DNA of 64,000 bases from Stegostoma tigrinum (lineage: Eukaryota): NCBI RefSeq assembly GCF_030684315.1, contig NC_081397.1:13230421-13294420 (forward strand), written 5' to 3'. The stretch's first letter is position 1; every line of letters begins with the position of its first letter. The notes under the pieces are model-generated. The model was not told where the DNA came from. It worked only from the letters and a program-made list of their open reading frames with translations, and did not search any database. Made by a program: the position numbers and the translations under genes. Shown here piece by piece: positions 23,064 through 35,704 of the stretch.

Positions 23064-23079
23064 GGCTCTTCTCAGAGCC
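23064..23079 (+). terminator. Histone 3' stem-loop (H1)
   Basis: CCAAA-GGCTCTTCTCAGAGCC-ACCA, then purine-rich HDE caggagagagctg. Confidence 0.95.
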
Positions 23080-23429
23080 ACCACATCTTTCAGGAGAGAG
23101 CTGAGCCCGGATCAAATGATCCCTGTCCTAGCTCCGAGTGCAGGAATAAATTAGACACTAATTTATGTGAATAACCGTTCCGTATTTACCCACCGGATTT
23201 ACACTCAGCCCCTCTTCCATACTCTACAATGTGTGAGTGTGAGGTCCTGCTCACATGGACCATAGGCTCTCGTGCTTTGTCAGTTCATGTCAGTCTGCTT
23301 TTCACACATGTAGGGAGAGAGTCTCAAAGAGACTAACACGCCCTGAAACTCCTCTTCACCACACAATCCCCATCAAATGATTTTGTCTCATTCAACTGGG
23401 GGAATAGAAACTGACGTGGAAATTGAAGC

Positions 23430-23900
23430 AAGACAAAATTTGAGGCTGGATGAACACAGCAGGCCCAGCAGCATCTCAGGAGCACGAAAGCTGACGTTTT
23501 GGGCCTAGACCCTTCATCAGAGAGGGGATGGGGAGAGGGAACTGGAATAAATAGGGAGAGAGGGGGAGGCGGACCGAAGATGGAGAGAAAAGAAGATAGG
23601 TGGAGAGGAGAGTACAGGTGGGGAGGTAGGGAGGGGAAAGGTCAGTCCAGGGAAGACGGACAGGTCAAGGAGGTGGGATGAGGTTAGTAGGAGATGGAGG
23701 TGCGGCTTGATGTGGGAAGAAGGGATGGGTGAGAGGAAGAACAGGTTAGGGAGGCATAGACAGGTTGGACTGGTTTTGGGATACAGTGGGTGGAGGGAAG
23801 AGCTGGGCTGGTGGTGTGGTGCAGTGGGGGGAGGGAAGAACTGGAATGGTTTTGGGATGCAGTTGGGGAAGGGGAGATTTTGAAGCTGGTATAGCCCACA
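23430..23900 (-). mobile_element. Penelope-like element 3' fragment
   Basis: Same pLTR and FKISPSPTAS sequence as 6739-7210. The GAAA box of the hammerhead is mutated. Confidence 0.85.
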
Positions 23901-23915
23901 TTGATAATGGAAGCA

Positions 23916-24137
23916 GAGGTAATGGGAACTGCAGATGTTGGAGAATTCCAAGATCATAAAATGTGAGGCTGGATGAACACAGCAGGCCAAGCAGCATCTC
24001 AGGAGCACAAAAGCTGACGTTTCGGGCCTAGACCCTTCATCAGAGAGGGCGAAGGGTCTAGGCCCGAAACGTCAGCTTTTGTGCTCCCGAGATGCTGCTT
24101 GGCCTGCTGTGTTCATCCAGCCTCACATTTTATTATC
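23916..24137. mobile_element. Palindromic pLTR doublet with hammerhead core
   Basis: Near-perfect ~90-bp inverted arms 23949-24038/24051-24140. Intact core on the minus strand at 24014-24043. 15-bp TSD TTGATAATGGAAGCA at 23901-23915 and 24138-24152. Confidence 0.85.
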
Positions 24138-24838
24138 TTGATAATGGAAGCAACCGTGTTGTCTTGTTAAGAAAGGCCGGATCATGGGCGTTCAATTGTA
24201 TCGCAACTGCTTAGAAAAAAATCCTGTTTTTGTCTGCTTCGAACATGAAGCTCGAGACCGCAGTTTTTTAATCCCGAAAGTTGTGTTCACTGCCGTTGTG
24301 GAGAATAGTTTTATTTACAGATCTAGTTGGGGGCTGGAGTTAACATATATTGCTGTATTTGTATTTCATTAACCGTTACAGGAATGATATTTCGTTCAGT
24401 TTTGATTCTGGGACACCCGTGGAAGTTTTAATTTACTTTCCATCTGCCTGTTGCAGGAAGCAATGCCAAACGCCCTCCCCCTTTCCTCACGCCTGTTACA
24501 GACAGATGAGGCAGTCCTGTCGTCCTGTCTCCGCTGATGTAGATTTTATTCAAAAAATTTAGTTTGCAAAGTACACGATTTGATCGGAGTCGGAGTTTAT
24601 TTTCCTTTTAAATATTTACCTTAAACTCAGGATCGCGAGGGTAAAATCGGCGGGCTTTTTGGAAGTGACCAACTGTCATTTCAATTTAAACCAAAAAATA
24701 TTTTTCTGCCTTTTCAGAACCTTCCGGAGCTGTTTCTCATGGGGTTGAGGGACGGGACTCTAACAAATCCCAGCTCTAGGGCGAGCTCTCCATTCCCTTA
24801 AATAGGCAGCGCCGCCACAGGTTCAGCATTGAGAGTAG

Positions 24839-25273
<435 letters not shown>

Positions 25274-25317
25274 ACGGAGCGTGCCCGGCCCTGCACATTC
25301 ACCCCGAGAAACACAAC

Positions 25318-25333
25318 GGCTCTTTTCAGAGCC
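25318..25333 (+). terminator. Histone 3' stem-loop (H3)
   Basis: GGCTCTTTTCAGAGCC followed by a purine-rich HDE. Confidence 0.97.
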
Positions 25334-26041
25334 ACGACACTATCCAGAGAGAGAGAGAACAGCAATCATTAGACACGATGGACTGTAGTTAATATAAACC
25401 CACAGCATACTATTGATGTTATGTCTCAATGTCACCGCTGTTACAGAAACTTAGTGCATCTCTCAGGCCCAATAATTCCCCCGAGTTGTGAAACAGGTTT
25501 ATAAGTGCTCAGTAATCACAACACAGTTCAAGTACTGTACCTAACATTTTATAAATTTCCGATTCAAACGCCTTTGCTTGCCAATTGCTTCCCTTGGCGT
25601 TTCCCCAGCTGCAACTGAAGTTGACGAATGAGGATGTTGGGAAACAGTGGCCAATTCGAAAAGCCCACCAAAATATACAAACGATTTTTATATTTCTGAT
25701 CGTGCAATTGAAATTTTGCCTCATCTCACACGAGTGTATTCATTCGATCCTCTGAGGAGGCTCGGTTTAGTCTCGAACGGCCCCTTTCTTGCGGGGAGTT
25801 AGCGCATGTCTTTTGTTCCCTGTCGGCATAGTGATAGGGAAACCGCTGTGAGTTACTATTTAAAGTCGCTGTCCCTGCAGTAAAACTTTATTACTCCCCT
25901 CCGACAGCTGTTCTAGTTTTCTTTAGGTTAAGGCAAAAAGGAAACGGATATTTTTGCGCATTTAGTCCCGTGTTTGCACATAAAATTAAAGTAAACCAAC
26001 CAGCAGTGACAGTCTAGCTGCTTTTCACTGACTTTGTGGGT

Positions 26042-26057
26042 GGCTCTTAAAAGAGCC
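26042..26057 (-). terminator. Histone 3' stem-loop (H2A)
   Basis: Minus strand CCAAA-GGCTCTTTTAAGAGCC-ACCCA. Confidence 0.97.
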
Positions 26058-26087
26058 TTTGGGTTGTCAGGTTACAGAACGGTCTCT

Positions 26088-26740
<653 letters not shown>

Positions 26741-27726
26741 AAACGGGTAGAAGTTTTACAAAGAAGAATGCGTTCATTCTTGAGATAATTTACTTTTAGA
26801 ATACGCCTGTATACTTCACACAATCTCTCTCTGATTCCCAGGCCTAAGTGAATCGATGTGATTATGATTTTGCTTTTTACCCTGATCCTTAAGAATAAAC
26901 AGATGGCAGAAAAAGAGCCCGGCGTAATTTACTCTCTGAACAGATTCATTTTATTTCACATCAGCACCCGGATACATTGATAAAAGTATCACACAGCTGT
27001 TTCTTTGCCGTTGAACTCAATACTGCTTTAAACAATATTTTACAATCGCGCTCCCTATTGCACAAGATCAACAATATTTCTACTTTTGCGATGCCAGTCC
27101 GGCAGCTGTTCTGCTTTCATCTCGGTTCACTTTGAAATTTTCCCACCGACAGCAGAAAGCCTCATTTATAGCTTTCTGCAAAACCCGGGGAGATTTGAAA
27201 ATAAAACAAAATTCCTCGGCGCGGCAAACGTAGGAAAATACCGGCGCCAAATCATCAACCGTTTTCTTACCGATTTGAAAAGCCCGCCAATATGGGCAAT
27301 ACGAGGAAGACGTTTTACATGAATGCGCATGATTTAATTTCCTTTTAGATTACAAATTGATCCTTGACATAACCTCTCTCGTTCTCATTCAAAACATCAG
27401 CGTCTTCCGAAAATTTTGTGATTATTGTGTGAGATCAGACTTCCCTGTTAATCTCGGTTCATTTTGAAAGACTCTACCCGACAACGGGGAACCCCACAGA
27501 CTGCATTCTGAAAATAAATTCACGTAGAGATTTGGAAATTGAAAAACACAAATCGCACGATACTTCTGTTCGTATGTCTCAAATACGGGCTTATTGGTTT
27601 TGGTTACCACGAGAGAGAGTTGGGGTCGTTACCCACAGGGACAAAATCCTACAACGTGTACGAAATTGTAAAACTTAGTTTTTTTTTCCTAAGAGGAATG
27701 AATAATTTAATTTTTCGCCGAACTTA

Positions 27727-28440
27727 GTTAGAACATAGAACATAACAGCACAGTACAGACCCTTCGGCCCTCGATGTTGTGCCGACCTGTCATACCGATT
27801 TCAAGCCCATCTAACCTACACTATTCCATGTACGTCCATATGCTTATCCAAAGACGATTTAAAAGATACCTAAAGCTGGAGAATCTACTACCGTTGCAGG
27901 CAAAGCGTTCCATTCCCTTACTACTCTGAGTAAAGAAACTACCTCTGACATCTGTCCTGTATCTTTCACCCCTCAATTTAAAGCTATGCCCCCTCGTGCT
28001 CGCTGTCACCATCCTATGAAAAAGGCTCTCCCTATCCACCCTATCTAATCCTCTGATTATTTTATATGTTTCAATTCAGTCACCAGCCTCAAGTCCCTCA
28101 GCCTTTCCTCGTAAAACGTTCCCTCCATACCAGGCAACATCCCAGTAAATCTCTGCACCCTTTCCTCAGCTTCCACATCCTTCTTATAATGCGGTGACCA
28201 GAACTGTGCACAATACTCCAAGTGCGACCGCACCAGAGTTGTGTCCAGCTTCACCATAACCTCTTGGTTCCAGAACTCGATCCCTCTATTAATAAAAGCT
28301 AAAACACTGTATGCCTTCTTAACAGCCCTGTCAACCTGGGTGGCAACTTTCAAGGATCTGTATACATGGACACCGAGATCTCTCTGCTCATCTACACTGC
28401 CATGAATCTTACCATAAGCCCAGTACTTTGCCTTCCGGTT
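27727..28440 (-). mobile_element. CR1 LINE 3' fragment
   Basis: ORFs 28057-28479 and 27821-28039 match the ORF2 C-terminus (LVRSHLEYCAQFWSP; TRGHSFKL). agaacatagaacata tail. Confidence 0.9.
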
Positions 28441-29193
28441 CATTTTCATATTGCAAGTGCACCCTGAAATATTTATCAAAAACTCAACGCTCCTGCGGGT
28501 GAGAACGGTGAAACTTCAGTTTAAAGTTGCCGTCCCTCTTGTCGTTGATCAGACTTCACACCTGATATGGCAATCCAGCAGCTATACTAGCTTTATCTCA
28601 GTTCATTTTGAAAGCCTCTTATCGACAGCTGAGAGCCTCATTTACAGTGTTCTGCAAAAATCAGACGACGTCAGTGGCGTTTTGAAAATTTAATTTAAAA
28701 AAAGAACAAATAAATTTCAAAATCTATTCGTGGGACGACAACAGTTACTTTTCTTTCCGGGAGTGAAACTCGTGTTTCATACCCCACGGGGCACTGTACC
28801 TTCTGCCCTGATCAAGGGTTAAAGAATAACTGGAAAATATAGAATTTGCTGAAAAGTGACTCGGTGTCGATAAATATGCTCTCTATACAGGCCGGGAAAA
28901 GAGACTGGGAAATACGCAACCGACAATAAAGGGCAGAGGGTCTGGGATCAAACGAAATTATTTTTATAATTAAAAACAAAGCTTAGCGACATTCATTATC
29001 CAGACCCAGAATCAATTGTAAAGCTAAAACTTCATTTGAAAAGAAGGGTCTCGCCCCGAAACGTCAATTTACCTGCTTCTCTGATGCTGTTTGGTTTGCT
29101 GTGGTCATCCAGCTCCACATCTTGTCGTCTCAGATTCTCCAGCATCGGCTATCCAAGTTAATACGGTTCAGCTGTTTCAGTGAGGTAGTGGGT

Positions 29194-29209
29194 GGCTCTT
29201 AAAAGAGCC
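29194..29209 (-). terminator. Histone 3' stem-loop (H2B copy 1)
   Basis: Minus strand CCAAA-GGCTCTTTTAAGAGCC-ACCCA. Confidence 0.97.
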
Positions 29210-29249
29210 TTTGGGTTTTGGATGTGTTTTTTCAACACAATGTGGGGTC

Positions 29250-29630
29250 TCACTTGGAGCTGGTGTACTTGGTCACCGCCTTTGTACCCTCCGACACGGC
29301 GTGTTTGGCCAGCTCCCCGGGCAGCAGCAGCCGCACCGCGGTCTGGATCTCCCGGGAGCTGATGGTCCTGCGCTTGTTGTAATGGGCCAGGCGGGAAGCC
29401 TCCCCTGCGATACGCTCGAAAATATCCTTGACGAACGAGTTCATGATGCTCATCGCCTTGGAGGAGATGCCGGTGTCGGGGTGAACCTGCTTCATCACTT
29501 TGTAGATGTAGATAGAGTAACTTTCTTTCCTGGATCGTTTCCTTTTCTTGCCGGCTTTGCCCGGCGCCTTCTTGATGATTTTCTTGGCGCCCTTCTTGGA
29601 GGCTTGCTGCGCTTTCTTCTCATCTGGCAT
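29250..29630 (-). CDS. H2B: Histone H2B (126 aa)
   Basis: MPDEKK...[27 protein letters not shown]...VTKYTSSK. Confidence 0.98.
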   Translation of the reverse strand: MPDEKKAQQASKKGAKKIIKKAPGKAGKKRKRSRKESYSIYIYKVMKQVHPDTGISSKAMSIMNSFVKDIFERIAGEASRLAHYNKRRTISSREIQTAVRLLLPGELAKHAVSEGTKAVTKYTSSK

Positions 29631-29682
29631 AGCGTCAGTCACTTTCAGACACAAAATAAGCGAAAGCCGTCTCGGAGCTCGC

Positions 29683-29800
29683 TTTTTATAGCCTGATCGC
29701 GTCAGCAATGCTAATGAGGGATGAGGGAAATCCTTGTTCCTGATTGGGTACTTTACAAGAATGTCACACCATGAGATTAGCCTTTCTGTGATTGGTTAGT
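29683..29800 (-). promoter_or_regulatory. H2B promoter: TATA, CRE half-site, octamer variant, two CCAAT boxes
   Basis: TATAAAA (-) ~29684-29690, TGACG 29700-29704, ATTAGCAT 29708-29715, CCAAT ~29743 and ~29791. Confidence 0.8.
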
Positions 29801-30299
29801 GTCAAACACAAAGTGGATCTCTACGGTTCTGCAACGAAATGTGAAACACAAACCGAAATTTTGTACACGGATCAAATTCCTATCTCCCTTGCAGTTGAAC
29901 TGGTTGTCAATATTTTGAACACAGTCCTGCGAGATTTTAATTGTGACAAGGTGTTTTATTCCGCTCAGTGATCTTTTGTGAGTAAAATGTTACCTTGTTT
30001 CATCACCAGCTGAGATTTCCTTATTAAGCTGTGGGGAGTATTGTTTTGTGAAGACTTTCGGGTTTCTTGAGCGACAATTTGCCGAATATCTGTCATTCTC
30101 TGCATTGTGGAAATGGGAGTGCGGTTCTCGATCTGTCCCTAGAGTTGCAGTGGGGTAGAGATCGCCTGAGGTTTGTCTGGATTCTCCAGCATCTGCAGTC
30201 ACCATTATCTCTGATACAATTTTAACTTCACTGCAAAGCTTCTTCCAGGGATGCCTGACTTGAAGAAGTTACCATCCTCCCTCCAGAATAAAAGCAGAC

Positions 30300-31210
30300 T
30301 CTTTACTAAATGGGCAGAAAATTCAGAAGTCTTGCATGCAAAGAGACTTGGGAGTTCTACTCCAGGAATGTCTCACGGTAAACTCGCAGGTTGAGTCAGT
30401 AGTCAGGAAGGCAACTACAATACTGGCATTTATTTTGCCAGGACTTCAAGGCAGAGATTGACAAATTCTTGATCTCACAAGGAATCAAGGGCTACGGGGA
30501 GAGTGCAGGGAAGTGGAGTTGAAATGCCCAGCCGTGACTTAAATAGTGGAGTGGACTTGATGGGCCGAATGGCCTCACTTCCACTCCCATGTCTTATGGT
30601 CTTACGGACTTGAATATGTAAAAAAAGGATGTACTTATGAGGCTTTAGAAGACTCGAGTCAGGCCACGTTTGAAGTAGCATGTGCAGTTTTGGGCCCCAT
30701 ATCTCAGGAAGGATGTACTGCCCCTGGAGCAGGTTCAGAGGAGGTTCACGAGAATGGTCCCAGGAATGAAAAGCTGAACATATGAGCAATGTTTGAGGAT
30801 TCTGGGACTGTACTCTTTGGAGTTTAGAAGGATGATAATCAAAACTTAGACTACTGAATGCCTGGACAGAGTGGATGTAGGGAAGATGCTTCCATTGGTA
30901 GGAGAGACTAGGACCCAAGGGCACAGCCTTCAAGTAAAGGGCAGGCCTTTTAGAACAGAGATAAGGAGAAACTTCTTCAGCCAGAGAGCGGTGAATCTAT
31001 GGAATTCACTGCCACAGAAGGCTGTGGAGGCCAGGTTATTGAGTGCATTTAAGGGTGAGATAGATAGGTTTTTGATTGTCAAGGGGATCAAGGTTATGGG
31101 GAGAAGGAAGGAGAATTGGCTGAAGGAACTTCTCAGCCATGATTTAATGGTGGAGCAGACTTGATGGGCCAAATAGCCTGATTTCTGCTCCTATGTCTTA
31201 TGGTCTTATA
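30300..31210 (+). mobile_element. CR1 LINE 3' fragment with a nested CR1 3'-UTR piece (~30450-30604)
   Basis: ORF 30871-31164 has TRTQGHSLQVKG...RRNFFSQRAVNLWNSLP. tcttatggtctta tails at ~30592 and ~31197. Confidence 0.85.
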
Positions 31211-31214
31211 GTAA

Positions 31215-32257
31215 CACAGTATGGACATGGGCCCTTCCGCTCAAACTGGTTCATGATGACCATGGTGCCCACTCAGCTGGATCCAATTGCCCACATTATA
31301 TCCCTCGAAATCCTTCCCTTCCATGTACCTGTTCAAATGTTTTTTTTTTAAGTGTTGATATTGTGCCTGCCTCAACAACTTTCTCTGGCAGCTGATTCCA
31401 CACGTGCTCCACTCTCTCTGTGAAGTTGGCACCCCTCAGGTCCTTCTTAAATTCTTGCCCTCTCACCCGAAACCTATGCCCTCCAGTTTTCAATTCCTCA
31501 TCTGTGGGGAAAAAAAAACAAACATGATTTGCATTTATCTGACCTATGGGCCTCATGATTTTATACATCTGAATAAGGTCACACTTCATTCTCCTACGGT
31601 CCAAGAAATAAAGTCCTACCCTGGCCAACATCTCGCTATAACTCAGGCCCACTAGTCCTGCATAAATCTTCTTTGAACACTTTCTAGTTGAACTAGGTCT
31701 TTTTTACAACAGGGTGACCAAAACTCTACACAATAGTCTGAGTCTATTCTAAATGCCTCGATCAATGAAGGCCAGCATGCTGAATTCCTTCTTCAGCACC
31801 CTACCCACCTGCGACACTGCTTTAACCAAACGACTTATCTGTACTCCTTGGTCCCTCTGTACCACATCACTAATCAGGGACCTTACCATTTACTATACAA
31901 GGCTTACTATAGTTTGACATTCCAAAGTGCAACACCTCACACCTATCTGCATTGAATTGCATTTTCCAATCCTTGGCCCACTTCCCCATCTGATTAAGAT
32001 CCCTCTGTAATTTTCGATAACCTTCCCCACTATGAACGATACCGCCTAACATTGCATCATCTGTAAACTGACTAATCATGCTTTGCACATTCACATCCAG
32101 ATCATTTATGTTAATAACAAATAACAAAGGTCCCAGCACCAATCCCTGTGGCACACCACAAGTCACAGGCCTCCAGTCCGAGAAACAATCTTCAACTGTC
32201 ACCCTCTGCTTTGTACCATCAAGCCAATTTTGAATCCAATGAGCTAGCTTTCCCTGT
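31215..32257 (-). mobile_element. CR1 LINE fragment
   Basis: ORF 31870-32316 has WIQNWL...GVPQGLVLGPLLF...FTDD. ORF 31296-31652 matches the ORF2 C-terminus. Confidence 0.9.
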
Positions 32258-32985
32258 TCAAGTGAGCCACAACACACTGCAGCATCCCGGAGTTTCATAA
32301 AGCCAAGGAAGAACACAGATAGTGTCTTTAGAAATGACAGTTACTCAAAATGCATTGTTCGCAGATGCCACACAACTGATGACAACAGGAAGACACAACA
32401 CATCCAGTGATAGTAGTCACCAGACTATGCACTGAGGGTGTGAAATAACCACCAGGTTACTCTACCCCGTAAGAATCATGATAGCCCACGAACTGACAGC
32501 CGCTGTTGAGAATGAAGGATCCAACATTCACAATTAGCAGAACCAATGCGATTTACAAGATACCATGCAAATACTGCCACAAACCTTACCCAAGGCAAAC
32601 CGGTAGGAAACCCGCCATCAGGATTCATGGACATCAACTCGCTGCCAAAAGTCATGGCCAACTACCACTCACCTTAATGCACGTGGATAAAGAGGGACAC
32701 CTGTTTGACTGGGACAAGGTAGCCATCAGAGGACATCCCAAACAAAGACATGCACAAGAATTCAAACTAGAACTCCATTAACAAACATGTCCAGCTGGAC
32801 ACCACACACCAACCACTAAGAAACCAATCTGGAAGTGTTGCTCACCACCCCAGCAAACTGAGGCACATAAATAGCAAGAAGGACAGAATACCAACGTTTC
32901 ATTCACGGTGCACTGATGATGTTGTGTAGTATGGTGATGAAATGTCTGTGAACAAACTTACAAGCTCAGTGAGCAAGTCAACAGC
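32258..32985 (+). mobile_element. Decayed Penelope-like element, second family (GIY-YIG remnant + degenerate hammerhead)
   Basis: ORF 32506-32781 AIYKIPCKYCHKPYPRQTGR resembles a GIY-YIG domain. cactgatgatgttgtgtagtatggtgatgaaatgtc at ~32911-32946. The 3' end resembles element 258-466. Confidence 0.7.
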
Positions 32986-33009
32986 AGCATATTTAATGAA
33001 CTGACCCTG

Positions 33010-33660
33010 ACATTTCAGTGAAAGCGATTATCAACATGTATCTGTCAATTTCCACAATTTGACTGTCACTGTGATCAAACTCTGTCAGTTTCTGCTTGGT
33101 GGCCATGTGAGTGCAGTTATCAATAAGGACGTTTCAGATTCCGCTCTGTGAATGAGAGTAATTATCAAACTGTACATGTCAGTTAGTTTATGCTGCGTAT
33201 AACTGGGAAGGCTGATTCCAGAATTTGCAGTTCTTGCTATGTCCAAGGTTGTTATCAATCTGTTCCTGTCAAGTTCGTCCATTGGATATGTGCGTGAAAG
33301 CAATGTGCACCTATCATTTGCTTCTCTGTCAATTTGCAAGTCCTGTTACCAAGATGTACCTGTGAGAACCTACTCTGAATATTTGAGTACAGTCAGCAAT
33401 CCGTGCCTGTCTGTCTGTCGATTTGTGATTGCAGTTCTAAGTTTGTAGCTGTCACTTTGCTCTGTGAAATTGGGAGTGTTATCATCAATATATTCCTGCC
33501 AGTTTCAGTCTCTGTGAATGCGAGTACAGCAATGAATATGTGCATAATAGTTTCTATTATGTGACTATGTGAACATTTTTCATCAACCTTTTACTTGCAG
33601 TTTCTGAAGTATTAATATGGTCAAATACCATTTTTTTCCTGTCTGACCCTGCAATATGAA
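33010..33660. repeat. Degenerate ~49-bp tandem repeat array
   Basis: ttatcaa...ctgtcagtttctgc...gtgaat units. Confidence 0.7.
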
Positions 33661-35704
33661 TGCTTGAGTTTAGGTAGTACTACTCCTAAAAGTGGATCAG
33701 TTGTCAGGCAGCCAATAATATTATCGGTGGACGTGTGATTCATTATGTGAAGTTGATATTTGAGTAATTCTATGCAGATTTCCTTCAATTCCTGATGGTA
33801 TACTTTGGACAAGGATTCAGTCTACCAATCTTCAAAACTGGTGTAAATGTCAATGGGTTATTTTAGGTGAAACCTGTTCAAACTGGGTATTTTGAATGGA
33901 GAGAGAAGCAAAATAAAGTGGCATTCCTCTGTCTTGTTTTATTGTCGGCTTTGACGTGTCTGACTGGAAATTAAAGCTCAACGTGTGTCTGATTCAATCT
34001 GCTCCGTGACTGGGGAAAGGATGTTCTCATGCTGTGATAGTGGGAACATATCTGCTGTTTGTTAGGAGGAGCTTTGTACTGAAGAAATGATACATTGTCT
34101 TGTTCCTTCAAGTGTTTGTCTGCAGGAAGGAAAACACAGATAGCTCCTGTAAACCGTCATCAGATGGGTGTGAAAACATTTAACTGATCAATTCAACATT
34201 TTGCTAATAAACATTCAGATATTTAAATTATCACTAGGAATTCTAACAGAACTGTGGGTCTGATTGCACTCTTGCCCTGAGCTGCACTACATTTGATCAA
34301 TTTTTAAAACTTCAACTCTATTTGAGTGATGCACAGAAAGTAACCAACTCCCGTACAGCTCCATGACTGGAACTACCTAATGCAAGCTTGTCTGTGCGTA
34401 TGAGTTTAGTTACTGATCCATTCATGTCAGTTGCTACCTGTTGAATGTGTGAGTGTAGTTATCAATGTGTCCCTCTAAATCTTTGGCAAATTACTTCTGT
34501 ATTACACAGCAGAGACTGACAGGGAAACATTGGTCCAGACCAATCATTGTAAAAATGGTACAGAACAGAAGGAGGTCATTTGGTGCATCATGTCCATGCT
34601 GACCCAAACACCCCCAGATGGCCATCACAATCACACCTTCCTGCACACATCCCATAGCCCTGCAGGTTTCATTCGATTATCCTTCAGAACTTGGTCCATA
34701 TGTGACAGACCATCAAAAGAGGAGAGCCAGATTATTTTGTGAAGAATTTGGAAACTAAAATTTAATACTGAGGACCATTGGGTAAGTACCCAGGTTTTAG
34801 ATAATGAGATTTTTTTGAAAAGAACCGTTGTTATGGAACAAGATGGACAGCCACACTCCATTGATCCTTCAATCTTCCTGCATTCGAAAACTGAGCATTT
34901 TAAATGTTTCATGTAAAGTGGAGAGCCAGTTACCATTTAAATTATTATTTTTTAAAAAATAAATGTCCATGATTATAAAATCTTCTGGCTTACAACAGAA
35001 CAAAAAAAATCTAGCTCCACAAGATGAAGAATTTGAGAACAATCCTGCGATAAAGGTGGAGATGGTAGTTCCCCTGCCACCGTGAAACATTTATGGAAAT
35101 TGAATGCTGGCTGAATGGATGTAATTATTGGCTTGTTGTTTCTAATCATTGCAGGCTTGGAGAGACAGGACTGTTTGCTGTGCTGTCGTTGTCTATGACT
35201 AGATATGTGTGAGTGATAATCATTTTGTATAGATCATGTTTCTGTTAGCTGGAGTTTAAATGGACTGTTAGTCCTTGGATCACATCTTTAGTTATGATGA
35301 TTGTATTTTGAACTAGTTCTGAGTCAGTCAGTACCTGTATCTGTCAGTCCATCCACATGGAAACAAAGCTGAGTATTATTACAGGTCGCGTCGCACTACC
35401 TCAGAACAGAGGTTCAACTTCAGAACACTCATTTCCATACTCATATGCTGATAGACTTGCTGAGATTTTGCAGCAATTTCTACTTTTGTTTCTGATTTCC
35501 AGCATCTGCAGTTCCTTGGTTTTTCTATTTGTCAGGAAAATGTGTTTGAAGTTCTCATGATTTATTTGTTATGTTTATATATGGGATAAATATTTATCAA
35601 AAGGAACAATTCTGTCCAAATCAGTTACTGGTAAACTAAAATGAAGCGTCACTCTCAACACAAAACCAAAGTTGTTGGAAAAGTTCAGCAGCCCTGGAGG
35701 CATC

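Noticed and set aside
22350-23084. Long antisense and alternate-frame ORFs over H1 (also 48698-49583) and over H3, H2A and H2B
   Set aside because: By-products of GC-rich, low-complexity histone codon usage, with no independent promoter or protein motifs.
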